A stretch of 64,000 nucleotides of DNA. It comes from Gemmatimonadales bacterium. GTDB lineage: Bacteria > Gemmatimonadota > Gemmatimonadetes > Gemmatimonadales > GWC2-71-9. Of the stretch, positions 31,744 to 42,400 are shown in pieces (positions within the stretch are counted from its first letter, which is position 1; every line of letters begins with the position of its first letter). The DNA lies in the NCBI GenBank assembly GCA_035637355.1, contig DASPXJ010000016.1:38970-102969 (forward strand), given 5' to 3'. The position numbers and the translations under genes are program-made. Under the pieces are notes generated by a model, which saw only the letters and a list, made by a program, of their open reading frames with translations, was not told the origin of the DNA and made no database searches.

Positions 31744-32538
31744 TCAGGACGGGGTGGAAGGCGTCGAGGACGTGCCGCTGGAATCAGCCGCCGCGGGACA
31801 GCTGCGGTCCAGACGCGTCGCGTTCGGATAGAACCGACGGAGGTGCTCGCAGGTCTCCTGCACCTCCTGCTTGTAGCCGATCGCGCGATAACTGTCCACC
31901 AGCCGCAGCAACGCGTCAGGCGCGCGTTGCGCATTGGGATAGTTCGCGATCACGTCCTTGAAGTAGATGATCGCGGAGTCGAATGCCTTGCGACGCAGAT
32001 AGAACATTCCCGTCTTGTACGTCTTTTCCGCAAACTGATTCTCCAGGCGTTTCACGTGGGGCCGGGCGCGGGCCGCAGCGTCAGTGTCGGGATAACGGCC
32101 GGCGAGCTCCTGGTAAATCGCCAACGCCGTCTCGCCGTACGTGGGATCGAGCTCCGGCCGGTGCCACAGCCGCAGGTTGGCGTCCCCGGCTCGCAGCAAC
32201 GCCAGCGGCGCGTATTCCGTCATGGGAAACTCGTCGGCGACCTTGCGGAAATCCGCCGCAGCCTGGACCTGATCTCCCAGCTGGAAGTAGCATTCGGCGA
32301 GGTAGTAGCGCACCTGCGCCAACTCGGGTGCGCCGGGGCCGAATTCGAAGGTCGTGCGCTGGAGCAGGACCTGGGCATGGCGGAAATCGCCGCGGCGGAA
32401 CAGCCGCAGGGCGCGCTCGAGATCGACGTCAGGCGCCACGGCCGCCGCCGCCGAGCGCGGCCGGCCGTGGTGGCAAGCGGCCGACCCCCCCAGCACCAGG
32501 CAGAGCATCAGCGCGTCGAGCCTTCGTCCCATCCTCAT
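31744..32538 (-). CDS. bamD: Outer-membrane protein assembly factor BamD (YfiO-type TPR lipoprotein)
   Basis: Lipobox ...LVLGGSAAC and YfiO-like repeats ...YYLAECYFQLGD...EFPMTEYAP...YKTGMFYLRRKAFDSAIIYF...YPN.... ATG 32538 overlaps the upstream TGA (ATGA). Confidence 0.8.
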   Translation of the reverse strand: MRMGRRLDALMLCLVLGGSAACHHGRPRSAAAAVAPDVDLERALRLFRRGDFRHAQVLLQRTTFEFGPGAPELAQVRYYLAECYFQLGDQVQAAADFRKVADEFPMTEYAPLALLRAGDANLRLWHRPELDPTYGETALAIYQELAGRYPDTDAAARARPHVKRLENQFAEKTYKTGMFYLRRKAFDSAIIYFKDVIANYPNAQRAPDALLRLVDSYRAIGYKQEVQETCEHLRRFYPNATRLDRSCPAAADSSGTSSTPSTPS

Positions 32539-33431
32539 TCCGGTTCGGCCTTTCCTAATGCGTTCAGCTTTTCCTGCGCGCGTTGTGAAATCGTGTCGCC
32601 CGACGTCCCGCCGGCGAGGGCCTGCTGATAGCTCTCCATGGCTCCGGGCACGTCGCCTTGCGCCAGCCGGACATCGCCCAGGCCGAGGAACGCGCCCCGC
32701 ACCACGTCCGGTGATGCACCAGGAGCCGTCGCCCGCCGGAACCACCCCTCGGCGTCCGCGGGGCGCCCTTGCTGCAGCGCGATCTGCCCCTCGACCAACG
32801 CGCAGAGCCCAAGCCCTTCGCGCGCCGATTCGACCACGGCGGGCGCCCGCTGCCGCCGGATCACTCCCTCAAACACGGCCACGGCCGTACTACACTCTCG
32901 GACCCGCACCAGCGTCATGCCGTAGACGAACAGTAGCGAGTCCGCGCGGGCGGCGTCGACCGCCGACGCCGCGGCGACCGGCAACAGGGCGCGCGCCTCC
33001 GCGGTATCGCCGCGGTCGACCGCGTCGAGAGCGGCCAGCACGACGTAGCGGCCCAGGGGCCGCCGCGGCGCAACCTCGCGCAGTCCCGTCAACGCGCTGG
33101 CCAGGGCCGTGCGGTCGTTCGCGGCGAGCGCCGCCCGCGCCACTCGATCGAGGCCGTCGGCGGCTTCATCCGCGCGCGAGCGGTCGCGGCGCGCCAGGGC
33201 GCGGTAGGATTCGGCCGCCAGCTCGTAGTCTTCGGCATGCATGGCGGCAGCCCCGACCTTGGCCAGCAGCGTCGCGTTCCCCGAGTTCGATTGGCGCCCC
33301 AGCTGGTACTCGGCCAGCGCGTCGGCGTACGAGCCCGCTGCGTACGCGCGGTCGCCAAGCTCTTCATGATTGGCAGCGGAACCGGTACAGGCCAGCGGGA
33401 TGAACGACAGCAGCAGCGTCAGCCGTCTCAC
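32535..33431 (-). CDS. TPR-repeat lipoprotein, function unknown
   Basis: MRRLTLLLSFIPLAC lipobox and Ala-rich TPR-like repeats. GTG 33431 overlaps the upstream TGA. Confidence 0.75.
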   Translation of the reverse strand: MRRLTLLLSFIPLACTGSAANHEELGDRAYAAGSYADALAEYQLGRQSNSGNATLLAKVGAAAMHAEDYELAAESYRALARRDRSRADEAADGLDRVARAALAANDRTALASALTGLREVAPRRPLGRYVVLAALDAVDRGDTAEARALLPVAAASAVDAARADSLLFVYGMTLVRVRECSTAVAVFEGVIRRQRAPAVVESAREGLGLCALVEGQIALQQGRPADAEGWFRRATAPGASPDVVRGAFLGLGDVRLAQGDVPGAMESYQQALAGGTSGDTISQRAQEKLNALGKAEPE

Positions 33432-34204
33432 TTCTTTTTCTTCTTTCGGGGCGCCGCCTCATCCGCCGCGCCGGCAGCCACCGGATTCGGAGCGGCGGGG
33501 ATGTCGGAGCGGGACAGGAGCGCGAGGTAGGCTTCCACCCGCGGATCTTCGGGCCGCCGCGCGCGCAACTCCTCCCAGACCGCGCGCGCCGCCAGTCCGT
33601 CGCCGGCAAGATAGCAGGCCAATCCCAGCATCGCGGCGGCGTCGAGGAACGAGGGACGCTCGCGCACGATTGTCTGGAAATGCTCGTGGGCATCGAGCGC
33701 GCGTCCCGCCTCGAGCAACAACCGGCCCAACTTGTACCGCAGGTCGTGGAACCCCGGCCCGAGTGCCAGCGCGGCCTCGTACTGGGCGATCGCCTCGTTC
33801 AGCCCGCCCGCTTCGAGGTACGCCTCGCCGAGCGATGCGTGCTGATTCGCGAGCTTCGCCGCGATGTGGCCGTGGAATCCGGCACGCCGCTCCGAGCCGA
33901 CCTGGCGGGCGCGCCGCAACACCACGTTCGCTTCTTCCTCGCGGCCCAGCTCGTTCAGCACGAGCGCGCGATGAATCAATGCCTCGATGTAGTTGGGGTT
34001 GAGGGCGAGCGCCCGATCGAGCTGCTGCAGCGCCTTGTCGGGCTGCCCCGCGAGGGAATACGAAAGTCCCAGCAGGTGATGGGCGTCCGCAAATGCGCGG
34101 CCCGTCGCGACGACCTCCTCCAGGAGATGAATCGCGCCGTAATAGTCCTGCAGCTGAAAGCGTTCGTTAGCCTGCGCGACGAGACGCTCGGGACTGACGT
34201 CCAT
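33428..34204 (-). CDS. TPR-repeat protein, function unknown, ending in a Lys run (PRKKKKK)
   Basis: Clear TPR repeats (...YYGAIHLLEEV..., ...AHHLLGLSYSLAGQPDKALQQLDRALALNPNYIEA...). I see no signal peptide. ATG 34204 is preferred; the ORF track runs to 34249. Confidence 0.75.
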   Translation of the reverse strand: MDVSPERLVAQANERFQLQDYYGAIHLLEEVVATGRAFADAHHLLGLSYSLAGQPDKALQQLDRALALNPNYIEALIHRALVLNELGREEEANVVLRRARQVGSERRAGFHGHIAAKLANQHASLGEAYLEAGGLNEAIAQYEAALALGPGFHDLRYKLGRLLLEAGRALDAHEHFQTIVRERPSFLDAAAMLGLACYLAGDGLAARAVWEELRARRPEDPRVEAYLALLSRSDIPAAPNPVAAGAADEAAPRKKKKK

Positions 34205-35153
34205 GAACCTCCTCGTACCAGTCGACGAATTTCCGGATGCCTTCCTCAATCCCGACGCGCGGCCGGAAGCCCAGCACAGCGGCGGCGTGCGCGAGATCGG
34301 CGTCCGTCAACTGCACGTCCCCCGGTTGATCGGGATGGCGCTCGATGCGCGCGGCCCGGCCCAGCGCGGCGGCGATGAGCGCGATCAGCCGGTCGAGCCG
34401 GACGCGCTCGCCACCGCCGAGATTGACCGTCTCGATCGTCCCCGGGGCGGCACGGGCGGTCCAGTCGAGCGCGGTCAGGATGCCGTCCACGCAGTCGGTA
34501 ATATAGGTGTAGTCGCGCTCGCTCGACCCATCCCCATACATCCGCACCGGCCGGTCCCGGGCGATCAGATCGGTGAACGTGTGGATCGCCAGATCGGGAC
34601 GCTGCCGCGGGCCGTAGACGGTAAAAAATCGCAGGCAGATGATCTTGAGCGGGTACAGCTGCGCGAAGGCATGGGCCACTAATTCTCCCGCGCGTTTGCT
34701 GGCGGCGTACGGCGAAATGGGCGAGACGGCCGGCGTGTTCTCCGCAAACGGGGCCGGCGTGACATTGCCGTACACGGACGATGAGGAGCCGAAGACGATG
34801 CGGTTCAACCCGACACGCCGCGCCGCGTCGATCAGGCGTGCAGTCGCCGTGACGTTCGCTTCCATGTAGGAGCCGGGATCCTCGAGCGAGGGCCGCACGC
34901 CTGGCTTCGCCGCGAGATGAATGACCGCGTCGACGCCGTCCAGCGGCACCGGATCGCGCGCGACGTCGGCCTCGACGAACCGGAAGCCGGGAAGCTTGCG
35001 CAGGCCGGCGAGGTTGCGCTCCTTTACCTCGCGCGCGTAAAACGCATCGAAGTTGTCGACCCCGGTGACTTGGGAGCCCCGCGCGATGAGGGCCTCGGAG
35101 AGGTGCGAGCCGATGAAGCCCGCGGCTCCGGTGACGAGGTAGCGCGCCATCAC
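34167..35153 (-). CDS. NAD-dependent nucleotide-sugar epimerase, UDP-glucuronate 4-epimerase-like
   Basis: ...[13 protein letters not shown]..., ...[11 protein letters not shown]..., ...[20 protein letters not shown].... The position after ugd/uxs supports a UDP-GlcA substrate. Confidence 0.75.
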   Translation of the reverse strand: MMARYLVTGAAGFIGSHLSEALIARGSQVTGVDNFDAFYAREVKERNLAGLRKLPGFRFVEADVARDPVPLDGVDAVIHLAAKPGVRPSLEDPGSYMEANVTATARLIDAARRVGLNRIVFGSSSSVYGNVTPAPFAENTPAVSPISPYAASKRAGELVAHAFAQLYPLKIICLRFFTVYGPRQRPDLAIHTFTDLIARDRPVRMYGDGSSERDYTYITDCVDGILTALDWTARAAPGTIETVNLGGGERVRLDRLIALIAAALGRAARIERHPDQPGDVQLTDADLAHAAAVLGFRPRVGIEEGIRKFVDWYEEVHGRQSRASRRAG

Positions 35154-36103
35154 GAAACGCGGGCGCTCTCCCGGGCCACGACGGTCCGGAAGTACTCGAT
35201 CGTGCGGCGCAAACCCTCCTCAAGCGCCACCTGCGGCTCCCACTCCAACGTAACGCGCGCGCGGGTGATGTCGGGCTGGCGCACCTGCGGATCATCCACC
35301 GGCAGCGGCCGCTGGACGATCGTGCTCTTGCTGCCGGTCAACGCCAGCACTCGCTCCGCGAGCTGCCGGACGGTGAACTCGTGCGGATTCCCGATGTTGG
35401 TCGGGTCAGCGGTGCCGCGCTCGAACAGCCGCAGGATCCCTTCGATCAGGTCGTCCACGTAACAAAAGGAGCGGGTCTGCGACCCGTCACCGTACACGGT
35501 GAGCGGCTCGCCGCGCAGCGCCTGCACGATGAAATTCGACACGACGCGTCCGTCGTTCGGGCGCATGCGCGGCCCGTACGTGTTAAAGATGCGGACGATG
35601 CGCGTGTCGAGCTTGTGGTAGCGATGGTACGCCATCGTCATCGCTTCGGCGAAGCGCTTGGCCTCGTCATACACACCCCGCGGCCCCACCGGATTGACGT
35701 TGCCCCAGTACGACTCGGGTTGGGGATGCACCAGCGGGTCGCCGTACACCTCTGACGTCGACGCGAGCAGGAAGCGGGCGCCTTTCTCTTTCGCGAGGCC
35801 AAGGCTGTTATGCGTGCCAAGTGCGCCGACCTTGAGGGTGGGAATGGGGTGCTCGAGGTAGTCGATCGGGCTCGCTGGACTCGCGAAGTGGAGGACGCCG
35901 TCCAGGGGTCCGGGGACGTCGATGAACATCGACACGTCGTGGCGGAGGAGCTTGAAACGGGCGTGGCTGTCGAGGTGCGTGAGATTGGCGGGCGTTCCGG
36001 TGAGGAAGTTGTCCATCCCCACCACGGTGTGACCGGCCGCGAGCAGCCGATCGCACAGGTGGGACCCCAGGAAACCGCCGGCGCCGGTTACGAGGACGCG
36101 CAT
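35150..36103 (-). CDS. uxs: UDP-glucuronate decarboxylase (UDP-xylose synthase)
   Basis: ...[14 protein letters not shown]..., ...[37 protein letters not shown]..., ...IFNTYGPRM.... Confidence 0.85.
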   Translation of the reverse strand: MRVLVTGAGGFLGSHLCDRLLAAGHTVVGMDNFLTGTPANLTHLDSHARFKLLRHDVSMFIDVPGPLDGVLHFASPASPIDYLEHPIPTLKVGALGTHNSLGLAKEKGARFLLASTSEVYGDPLVHPQPESYWGNVNPVGPRGVYDEAKRFAEAMTMAYHRYHKLDTRIVRIFNTYGPRMRPNDGRVVSNFIVQALRGEPLTVYGDGSQTRSFCYVDDLIEGILRLFERGTADPTNIGNPHEFTVRQLAERVLALTGSKSTIVQRPLPVDDPQVRQPDITRARVTLEWEPQVALEEGLRRTIEYFRTVVARESARVS

Positions 36104-37407
36104 GCCAGGCGGCGGCCGATGCTGTCGTAGGTGAACCCGAGTCTGGCGAGGCGGTCGGGGTCGTAGAGGTTGCGGCCATCGACGATGAGGGGGCGCCGCA
36201 TCAGCTGCCGCATCCTGGAAAAGTCGGGATTACGGTACTCGAGCCATTCGGTGACGATGGCCAAGGCGTCGGCGCCCGCGAGCACGTCGACGGCCTGCCC
36301 GGCATAGGTCACGCGGTCGCCGAGTTGCCGTCGCGCCGTTTCGAGCGCGGCGGGGTCGTGCACGCGCACCGTGGCGCCAGCGGCCAGCAGCGCCTCGACC
36401 AGCACGAGCGCGGGGCTCTCGCGCACGTCGTCCGTCTCTGCCTTGAACGCGAGGCCCCACACGCCGACCGCCCGGCCGTTCAGGTTGCCCTCGAAATGCC
36501 GCCCCAACTTCTCGAACAACAGCCGTTTTTGCCGCTCGTTCGCCGCCTCGACCGCCGTCAGGATGTCGAGCGGCACGTGCCGTGCCTCTCCCATCCGCAG
36601 CAACGCCTGCACGTCCTTGGGGAAACACGAGCCACCGTAGCCGGGCCCGGGAAACAGAAACGCCGGCCCGATGCGGCGGTCGGTGCCGATGCCCTTGCGC
36701 ACGAGGGTGACGTCGGCGCCGACGGCCTCGCACAGCCGGGCCACCTGGTTCATGAACGAAATCCGCGTCGCCAGCATCGCGTTGGCGGCGTACTTGGTCA
36801 TTTCCGCCGAAGGCAGGTCCATAAAGATGAGCGGATTGCCGGTGCGGACGAACGGCGCGTACAGCTCCTCCAGAGCCTTCGCCGACTCGGCCGAGTCGAC
36901 GCCCAGGATCACGCGGTCCGGCTTCATGAAGTCCTCGACCGCCGCGCCTTCCTTCAGGAATTCGGGATTCGAGCAGACGTGGAACGGGGTTGTGGTATGC
37001 CTGGCGACCTCGGCGCGAACCTTCTCGGCCGTGCCCACCGGGACGGTACTCTTCGTGATGATCGTCTTCGGCCGGTTCATGTGCTGGCCGATCGTGCGCG
37101 CCACCGCCAGGACGTGCTGCAGGTCGGCGGAGCCGTCCTCATCGGGAGGCGTGCCGACCGCGATGATCACGATGTCGGAGCGCTCCACCGCAGCCCCCAC
37201 CTCCGTGGTGAACTCGAGACGCCCCCCGCGCTGATTACGGGTGACCAGCGGCTCGAGCCCGGGCTCGTAAATCGGCAGCTTGTTGCTCTTGAGGCTGGTG
37301 ATCTTGGCGGCATCGAGATCGGCACACACGACGTCGTTTCCCGTCTCCGCGAGACAGGCGCCGACAACCAGACCAACGTATCCCGTGCCGACGACGGCGA
37401 CCTTCAC
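36088..37407 (-). CDS. ugd: UDP-glucose 6-dehydrogenase
   Basis: [26 protein letters not shown]..., ...GGSCFPKDV.... GTG 37407 overlaps the wbpA-like TGA. The ORF-track extension to 37959 is Arg-rich and overlaps the upstream gene. Confidence 0.9.
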   Translation of the reverse strand: MKVAVVGTGYVGLVVGACLAETGNDVVCADLDAAKITSLKSNKLPIYEPGLEPLVTRNQRGGRLEFTTEVGAAVERSDIVIIAVGTPPDEDGSADLQHVLAVARTIGQHMNRPKTIITKSTVPVGTAEKVRAEVARHTTTPFHVCSNPEFLKEGAAVEDFMKPDRVILGVDSAESAKALEELYAPFVRTGNPLIFMDLPSAEMTKYAANAMLATRISFMNQVARLCEAVGADVTLVRKGIGTDRRIGPAFLFPGPGYGGSCFPKDVQALLRMGEARHVPLDILTAVEAANERQKRLLFEKLGRHFEGNLNGRAVGVWGLAFKAETDDVRESPALVLVEALLAAGATVRVHDPAALETARRQLGDRVTYAGQAVDVLAGADALAIVTEWLEYRNPDFSRMRQLMRRPLIVDGRNLYDPDRLARLGFTYDSIGRRLACASS

Positions 37408-38720
37408 GCGCGGGAGCCCGCCTTGGGCAACACGTGCCGCGTGTCGACGGTCGTGCGGGCGTGCCGTGCGACCAGCTTGTAATCCACCGCCGCGTGATCG
37501 GTCACGATGATGACGCAGTCGGCCTGTTTGAGCGTCTCCGCGGTCAGCGGCACGGAGGTGAGGGCGATGCCGTCGTCCTTCAGAACGGGGACGTGCGGAT
37601 CGTGATAGGAGACGTCGGCACCGCGCTGCAGCAGCAGCCGGATGACGTCGAGTGCCGGACTCTCGCGGATGTCGTCGATGTTTCGCTTGTACGCGACCCC
37701 CAGCAGCAGGACGTGGCTGCCGCGGACCGCCTTGCCTTGCTCGTTCAGCGCGTCGACGACTTTCCCGACCCAGAACTCGGGCATCTCGGCGTTGAGCTCC
37801 CCGGCCAGCTCGATAAAGCGGGTCTTGTAGTTGAGCGTCCGCATCTTCCAGGCGAGGTAGTGCGGATCCAGGGGAATGCAGTGCCCGCCGACGCCCGGCC
37901 CCGGCGTGAATTTCATGAAGCCGAAGGGCTTGGTGGACGCGGCCTCGATGACTTCCCACACGTCGACGCCCAGCTTGTCGCAGACGATCGCCATCTCATT
38001 CACGAGCCCGATGTTGACGCTGCGGAACGTGTTCTCGAGGATCTTCACCAGCTCGGCGGCTTCCGGCGACGACACCGGCACCAGCGTGTCGATCGCCGGC
38101 TGGTACAGCGCCGTCGCCACCTTCAGGCAGGCCGGCGTAATCCCGCCGATGACCTTCGGGGTGTTGCGCGTGGTGAACCGCTCGTTGCCCGGATCGACGC
38201 GCTCCGGAGAAAACGCCAGGAAGAAATCCGCACCGACCTTGAGACCGGTCGATTCGAGCGCGGGCAGCATGAGCTCGCGCGTGGTGCCGGGATACGTGGT
38301 GGACTCGAGCACGACCAGCTGACCCTTGCGCAGCGCGCGCCTCACCGACTCGGTCGCCGCGAGCACGTAGCTCACGTCGGGATCTTTGGTCTTGGACAGC
38401 GGCGTCGGCACGCTGATGGAGATGACGTCGGGCTCGCTGAGACGCGACAGATCGGCGGTGGCGGAGAACTTCTTGGCATGGATCGCGTCCGCCACCGTCG
38501 CGGCCGCAACGTCCTGAATGTGGGAGCGCCCCGCGTTCAACGAGTCGACGACGCGCGGGTTGACGTCGACGCCAAGGACGCGATATCCCGCGCGCACCAG
38601 CTCCATCGCGAGCGGCAGTCCGACGTAGCCGAGGCCGACCACGCCGAAGATGGCCGTGCGGTCCTTCGCTTTCGCGAGAAGCGTGTCGACCGCGGTGGGG
38701 ACAGCGGCAGTCGCCGTCAT
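37404..38720 (-). CDS. wbpA: UDP-N-acetyl-D-hexosamine 6-dehydrogenase (WbpA/TviB/WecC class)
   Basis: ...FGVVGLGYVGLPLAMEL..., ...GVGGHCIPLDP.... The assignment to UDP-GlcNAc rests on the adjacent WbpB/E/D-like genes. Confidence 0.75.
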   Translation of the reverse strand: MTATAAVPTAVDTLLAKAKDRTAIFGVVGLGYVGLPLAMELVRAGYRVLGVDVNPRVVDSLNAGRSHIQDVAAATVADAIHAKKFSATADLSRLSEPDVISISVPTPLSKTKDPDVSYVLAATESVRRALRKGQLVVLESTTYPGTTRELMLPALESTGLKVGADFFLAFSPERVDPGNERFTTRNTPKVIGGITPACLKVATALYQPAIDTLVPVSSPEAAELVKILENTFRSVNIGLVNEMAIVCDKLGVDVWEVIEAASTKPFGFMKFTPGPGVGGHCIPLDPHYLAWKMRTLNYKTRFIELAGELNAEMPEFWVGKVVDALNEQGKAVRGSHVLLLGVAYKRNIDDIRESPALDVIRLLLQRGADVSYHDPHVPVLKDDGIALTSVPLTAETLKQADCVIIVTDHAAVDYKLVARHARTTVDTRHVLPKAGSRA

Positions 38721-39721
38721 GGAGCCTCCGGGGCGCCGCCCCGCGCCAGCGAGCGCGACGCCGCTTCCAGTACGCGGACGACCTGGACGCCGTCCTCGGC
38801 GCTGGCGCGCGGCGCTTCACGGCCCTGGGCGGCGCGGACGAAATGCGCCAGCTCGGCCGCCAAGGGTTCCACGGCCGGGATACGAGGAATGAAGATATCA
38901 CCTTCGCGAATCGCCAGGCTTTCGCCGAACGAGCCGTACTCGGGAGGACGATCGACGCCCTTGTCGTAGATTCGCAGCTTTTCGCGCGGCTCCATGTCGT
39001 CGAAGACCACCATTTGCTTGGCGCCCACCACGGTCAACTTCCGTTCCTTGTGGGGATCGAGCCATGACATTTGGACGTGCGCGAGCACTCCGCTCGCGAA
39101 CTCCATCGTGAGAAACACCACGTCCTCGATCGCGGGCTGCAGATAGCTTTTACCGTGCGCAGCGACCCGTACCGGTTGCTCACCGAGCAAGTACAGTGCC
39201 ACGGATACGTCATGCGGCCCGAAGCTCCACAGCGCGTTTTCGTCCTTCCGAATTTGCCCCAAGTTGACGCGCAGCCCATACAGATAGAATAGCTTGCCGA
39301 GCTCTCCCTGCTGCACCATCGCGCGCAGCCGCTCGACCGCGGGATGGTAGACGAGGAGATGCCCGGCCAGCACGGGCACGCCCTTCTCGGCCGCGCGCCG
39401 CGCCACCGCCTCGGCATCGCGTACGCTGAGCGCGAACGGCTTCTCGACCAGCACCGGCTTGCCGGCCTCGACCGCCTGGTGCGCAACCGTCGCATGTGTG
39501 GCGGCTGGGGACGCCACAATGACGGCGTCCACCGCCCCGAGCAGCGCCGCGATCTCGGCGGTCACCAGCGCCGCCGGGTATTGCCGTGATACCCGCTCGC
39601 GCACCTTGGCGTCGGTGTCGCAGACGGCCGCCAGCTCGGCATCGGCCAGGCCCGCGACGGTCCGGACGTGATTCCGCCCCCAGGCGCCGGCGCCGACTAC
39701 GCCGACCTTGAGCCGCTTCAC
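38717..39721 (-). CDS. wbpB: Gfo/Idh/MocA-family oxidoreductase, WbpB-like (3-dehydrogenase of UDP-GlcNAcA)
   Basis: ...LKVGVVGAGAWGRNH... Rossmann N-terminus and family C-terminal domain. GTG 39721 overlaps the upstream TGA. Confidence 0.7.
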   Translation of the reverse strand: MKRLKVGVVGAGAWGRNHVRTVAGLADAELAAVCDTDAKVRERVSRQYPAALVTAEIAALLGAVDAVIVASPAATHATVAHQAVEAGKPVLVEKPFALSVRDAEAVARRAAEKGVPVLAGHLLVYHPAVERLRAMVQQGELGKLFYLYGLRVNLGQIRKDENALWSFGPHDVSVALYLLGEQPVRVAAHGKSYLQPAIEDVVFLTMEFASGVLAHVQMSWLDPHKERKLTVVGAKQMVVFDDMEPREKLRIYDKGVDRPPEYGSFGESLAIREGDIFIPRIPAVEPLAAELAHFVRAAQGREAPRASAEDGVQVVRVLEAASRSLARGGAPEAP

Positions 39722-40833
39722 CGATAAAATCCGCGGATCGCATCGATCACCCGGTCGAGCTGGGTGCGCGTGAGCTCCGGATAGATCGGCAGCGAGATCG
39801 CTTCGCGGGAGGCGTGCTCCGCCTGCGGCAGGCTCCCCGCTTTGTAGCCGAGATGCGCGAAGCACGGCTGGCGGTGCAGCGGGATGGGATAATACACCGC
39901 GTGGCCGATCCCTTCCTTCTTTAGATGCGCCTGCAGACCATCGCGGCGCTCGGCGCGCAGCGTGTACTGATGGAAAATGTGCTCGTTGGCCGGATCGACG
40001 ACGGGCGGCTTCACCTGGGGAATGTCCGCAAACGCCCTGGTGTAGTAGGCGGCGTGCTCACGCCGTTTGGCGGACCATGGCGCCAGATGCGGGAGCTTCG
40101 CCAGCAACACGGCGGCCTGCAGCGTATCCAGGCGCGAATTGGTGCCGACTTCGTCGTGGTGATACTGCTTGGCGCCGCCGTGCAACCGCAGCTTCTTGAG
40201 GCGGTCGGCGGTCGCGTCGTCGGACGTGACCATCATGCCGGCGTCGCCCCAGGCGCCGAGGTTCTTGCTCGGGAAGAACGAGTAGCCGGTTACCCAGCCC
40301 AGCTCCCCCGCCGCGCGCCACTCGCCGTCCATCTTGCGCCGCGCACCTATGGCCTGCGCCGCGTCCTCGATCACCTTCACGCCCAAGGGCCGCCCGATTG
40401 CCATCAGCTCGAGCATGTCGGCCATCTGGCCGTAGAGATGCACCGGCATGATCGCGCGGGTCCGCGGCGTGATCGCCCGCTTCACGGCGGCGGGATCGAT
40501 GTTGAAGGTGTCGGGTTGAATGTCCACGAAGACGGGCGTGCCGCCGGCATTGTGAATCGTTCCCGCCGTCGCGAAAAACGTGAACGGCGTCGTAACGACT
40601 TCGTCGCCGGGCTGCAGATTCAGCGCCTTGAGCGGCAAGAGCAGCGCGTCCGTGCCGCTCGCGCAGCCGATGCCGTGCCTGGCATGCGACAGTCGCGCGA
40701 TCTCGGCCTCGAGCTGCGGCACCGACGATCCCATGATGAACTGCTGTGTTTCGATGACCTGCATCATCGCGGGCAGGACTTCGTCCTTGATGGTCGCGAA
40801 CTGCGCCACGAGATCGAGCATGGGGACGGTCAC
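39718..40833 (-). CDS. wbpE: DegT/DnrJ/EryC1/StrS-family PLP aminotransferase, WbpE-like
   Basis: ...[15 protein letters not shown]..., ...[11 protein letters not shown]..., ...[16 protein letters not shown].... GTG 40833 overlaps the upstream TGA. The ORF-track extension to 41076 is Arg-rich. Confidence 0.8.
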   Translation of the reverse strand: MTVPMLDLVAQFATIKDEVLPAMMQVIETQQFIMGSSVPQLEAEIARLSHARHGIGCASGTDALLLPLKALNLQPGDEVVTTPFTFFATAGTIHNAGGTPVFVDIQPDTFNIDPAAVKRAITPRTRAIMPVHLYGQMADMLELMAIGRPLGVKVIEDAAQAIGARRKMDGEWRAAGELGWVTGYSFFPSKNLGAWGDAGMMVTSDDATADRLKKLRLHGGAKQYHHDEVGTNSRLDTLQAAVLLAKLPHLAPWSAKRREHAAYYTRAFADIPQVKPPVVDPANEHIFHQYTLRAERRDGLQAHLKKEGIGHAVYYPIPLHRQPCFAHLGYKAGSLPQAEHASREAISLPIYPELTRTQLDRVIDAIRGFYR

Positions 40834-41444
40834 GACGCACCCGCCCGCGCCCGAGAGGCGGTCGTTTGACGGAGTATTCCCCCCGACTCTTCGTAGGTGG
40901 CCCCGCACACGCCGCACGCCGCACGTCCCGCGCTCGTATGGAGCCGCTCGCCGCACTGACACATCCAGCCGACGCGTCGCGCCGGCACGCCGACCATGAG
41001 CCCATAGGGCGGGACGTCGGACGTCACGACGGCGCCCGCGCCGATGAACGCATACTCGCCCAGCGTGACGCCGCACACGATCGTCGCGTTGGCACCGATC
41101 GAGCCGCCGCGCTTCACGAGCGTGCGCCGGTATGCGTTCTTGCGCGGCACGTGACTGCGCGGGTTCATGACGTTGGTGAAGACACAGGAGGGACCGCAGA
41201 AGACGTCGTCTTCCAGCTCGACGCCCTCGTAGATGGACACGTTGTTCTGGATCTTGACGTTGTTGCCGATCCTGGTCCCCGGCATCACGACGACGTTCTG
41301 GCCGAGGTTACACCGCTCGCCGATCACGGCGCCCGGCATCACATGCGAGAAGTGCCAGATCTTGGTGCCGTTCCCGATCACCGCCCCGTCATCGATGTAG
41401 CTGGATTCGTGCGCGAAATAGTTTACACCCCGATGATCTTGCAC
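40830..41444 (-). CDS. wbpD: Left-handed beta-helix N-acetyltransferase, WbpD-like
   Basis: ...[28 protein letters not shown]...[28 protein letters not shown]... hexapeptide repeats. A Cys-rich C-terminal tail follows (WMCQCG...CGVCG). GTG 41444 is the nearest upstream start. Confidence 0.75.
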   Translation of the reverse strand: MQDHRGVNYFAHESSYIDDGAVIGNGTKIWHFSHVMPGAVIGERCNLGQNVVVMPGTRIGNNVKIQNNVSIYEGVELEDDVFCGPSCVFTNVMNPRSHVPRKNAYRRTLVKRGGSIGANATIVCGVTLGEYAFIGAGAVVTSDVPPYGLMVGVPARRVGWMCQCGERLHTSAGRAACGVCGATYEESGGILRQTTASRARAGAS

Positions 41445-42400
41445 TCGAGCTCCAGAGTGATGCCCGTCTTCTTCGCGACCGTCTTGCGGACGTGATCGAT
41501 CACCTTGAGGACGTCGGCGGCGGTCGCGGTCCCCTTGTTGATGATGTAGTTGGCATGGAGCGTGGAGACCTGCGCGCCGCCGATCGTGAAGCCCTTGAGA
41601 CCACACTCGTCGATCAGCATGCCGGCGGTCTTGGTCCCGCTCGGGTTGGTGAACGTCGAGCCGCAGCAGGGCTGGTCGAACGGCGTGCCCGCTTTGCGCC
41701 AGCGGAACAGCTTCGCCTGCAGCTCCTTCAGCTTGGCGGGCGATTCCTCGCCGAGCACCAGCTTCGCCTCGAGGACGATGCCCTCCAGATTGGACGAGCG
41801 GTACTTGAACGAGATCTGCTTGCGCGACAGCTGTTTGACCTTGCCGCGCGGATCCATCACGGTCACCTCGGTCACGATCTCGGCGAATTCCGCGCCATGG
41901 CAGCCCGCGTTCATGAAAATGCCGCCGCCCACGGTGCCGGGAATCCCCACAAACCGCTCCACGCCGACAAATCCGGCTTCGGCGGTCCGCCGTGCCAGAA
42001 TCGGCGTCGGCATCCCCGCGCCGACGATTGCGGTCGCGCCTTTCATCTCGAAGCGGTCCAGGCCCTTCCCCATCCGGATCACGACGCCGGGGAAGCCGCC
42101 GTCCTTCGCGAGGACGTTCGAGCCCAACCCCAGCACGACCCAGGGCAGGCCGCGATCCTGCGCCAGCTCGAGCGCGCGGACCACATCCTCACTGTCGGCG
42201 GGCAGGGCGAGGTAGCGCGCCGGGCCGCCGATGCGCCACGTGGTGTAGCGCGCCAACGGCTCGTTTTCGAGCAGCTTGCCGCGGAACTTGATTTTGGGCG
42301 CGGGCGCCGGAGCGGCCGGGGCCGCCTTGGCTACGCGCTTGCCGCCGCGGTCTGCTGCCCGGCGGGCGCCGCTTTTTCGCCGTTCGCTTTTTCGTGCCAT
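41423..42400 (-). CDS. murB: UDP-N-acetylenolpyruvoylglucosamine reductase with a ~40 aa basic Ala/Pro-rich N-terminal extension
   Basis: ...[13 protein letters not shown]..., ...LGLGSNVL..., ...CGSTFTNP.... ATG 42400 is preceded by AGGAG and lies 70 nt inside the carB 3' end. Confidence 0.88.
   Translation of the reverse strand: MARKSERRKSGARRAADRGGKRVAKAAPAAPAPAPKIKFRGKLLENEPLARYTTWRIGGPARYLALPADSEDVVRALELAQDRGLPWVVLGLGSNVLAKDGGFPGVVIRMGKGLDRFEMKGATAIVGAGMPTPILARRTAEAGFVGVERFVGIPGTVGGGIFMNAGCHGAEFAEIVTEVTVMDPRGKVKQLSRKQISFKYRSSNLEGIVLEAKLVLGEESPAKLKELQAKLFRWRKAGTPFDQPCCGSTFTNPSGTKTAGMLIDECGLKGFTIGGAQVSTLHANYIINKGTATAADVLKVIDHVRKTVAKKTGITLELECKIIGV

Noticed and set aside
34246-35295. Same-strand alternate-frame ORFs inside real genes, e.g. 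34246..35295, 9383..10633, 40058..41005, 44195..44971, 54631..55269 and 56250..56864.
   Set aside because: They are extremely Arg-rich and motif-free translations of +1/+2 frames of confirmed CDSs. This is typical GC-driven noise rather than overlapping genes.
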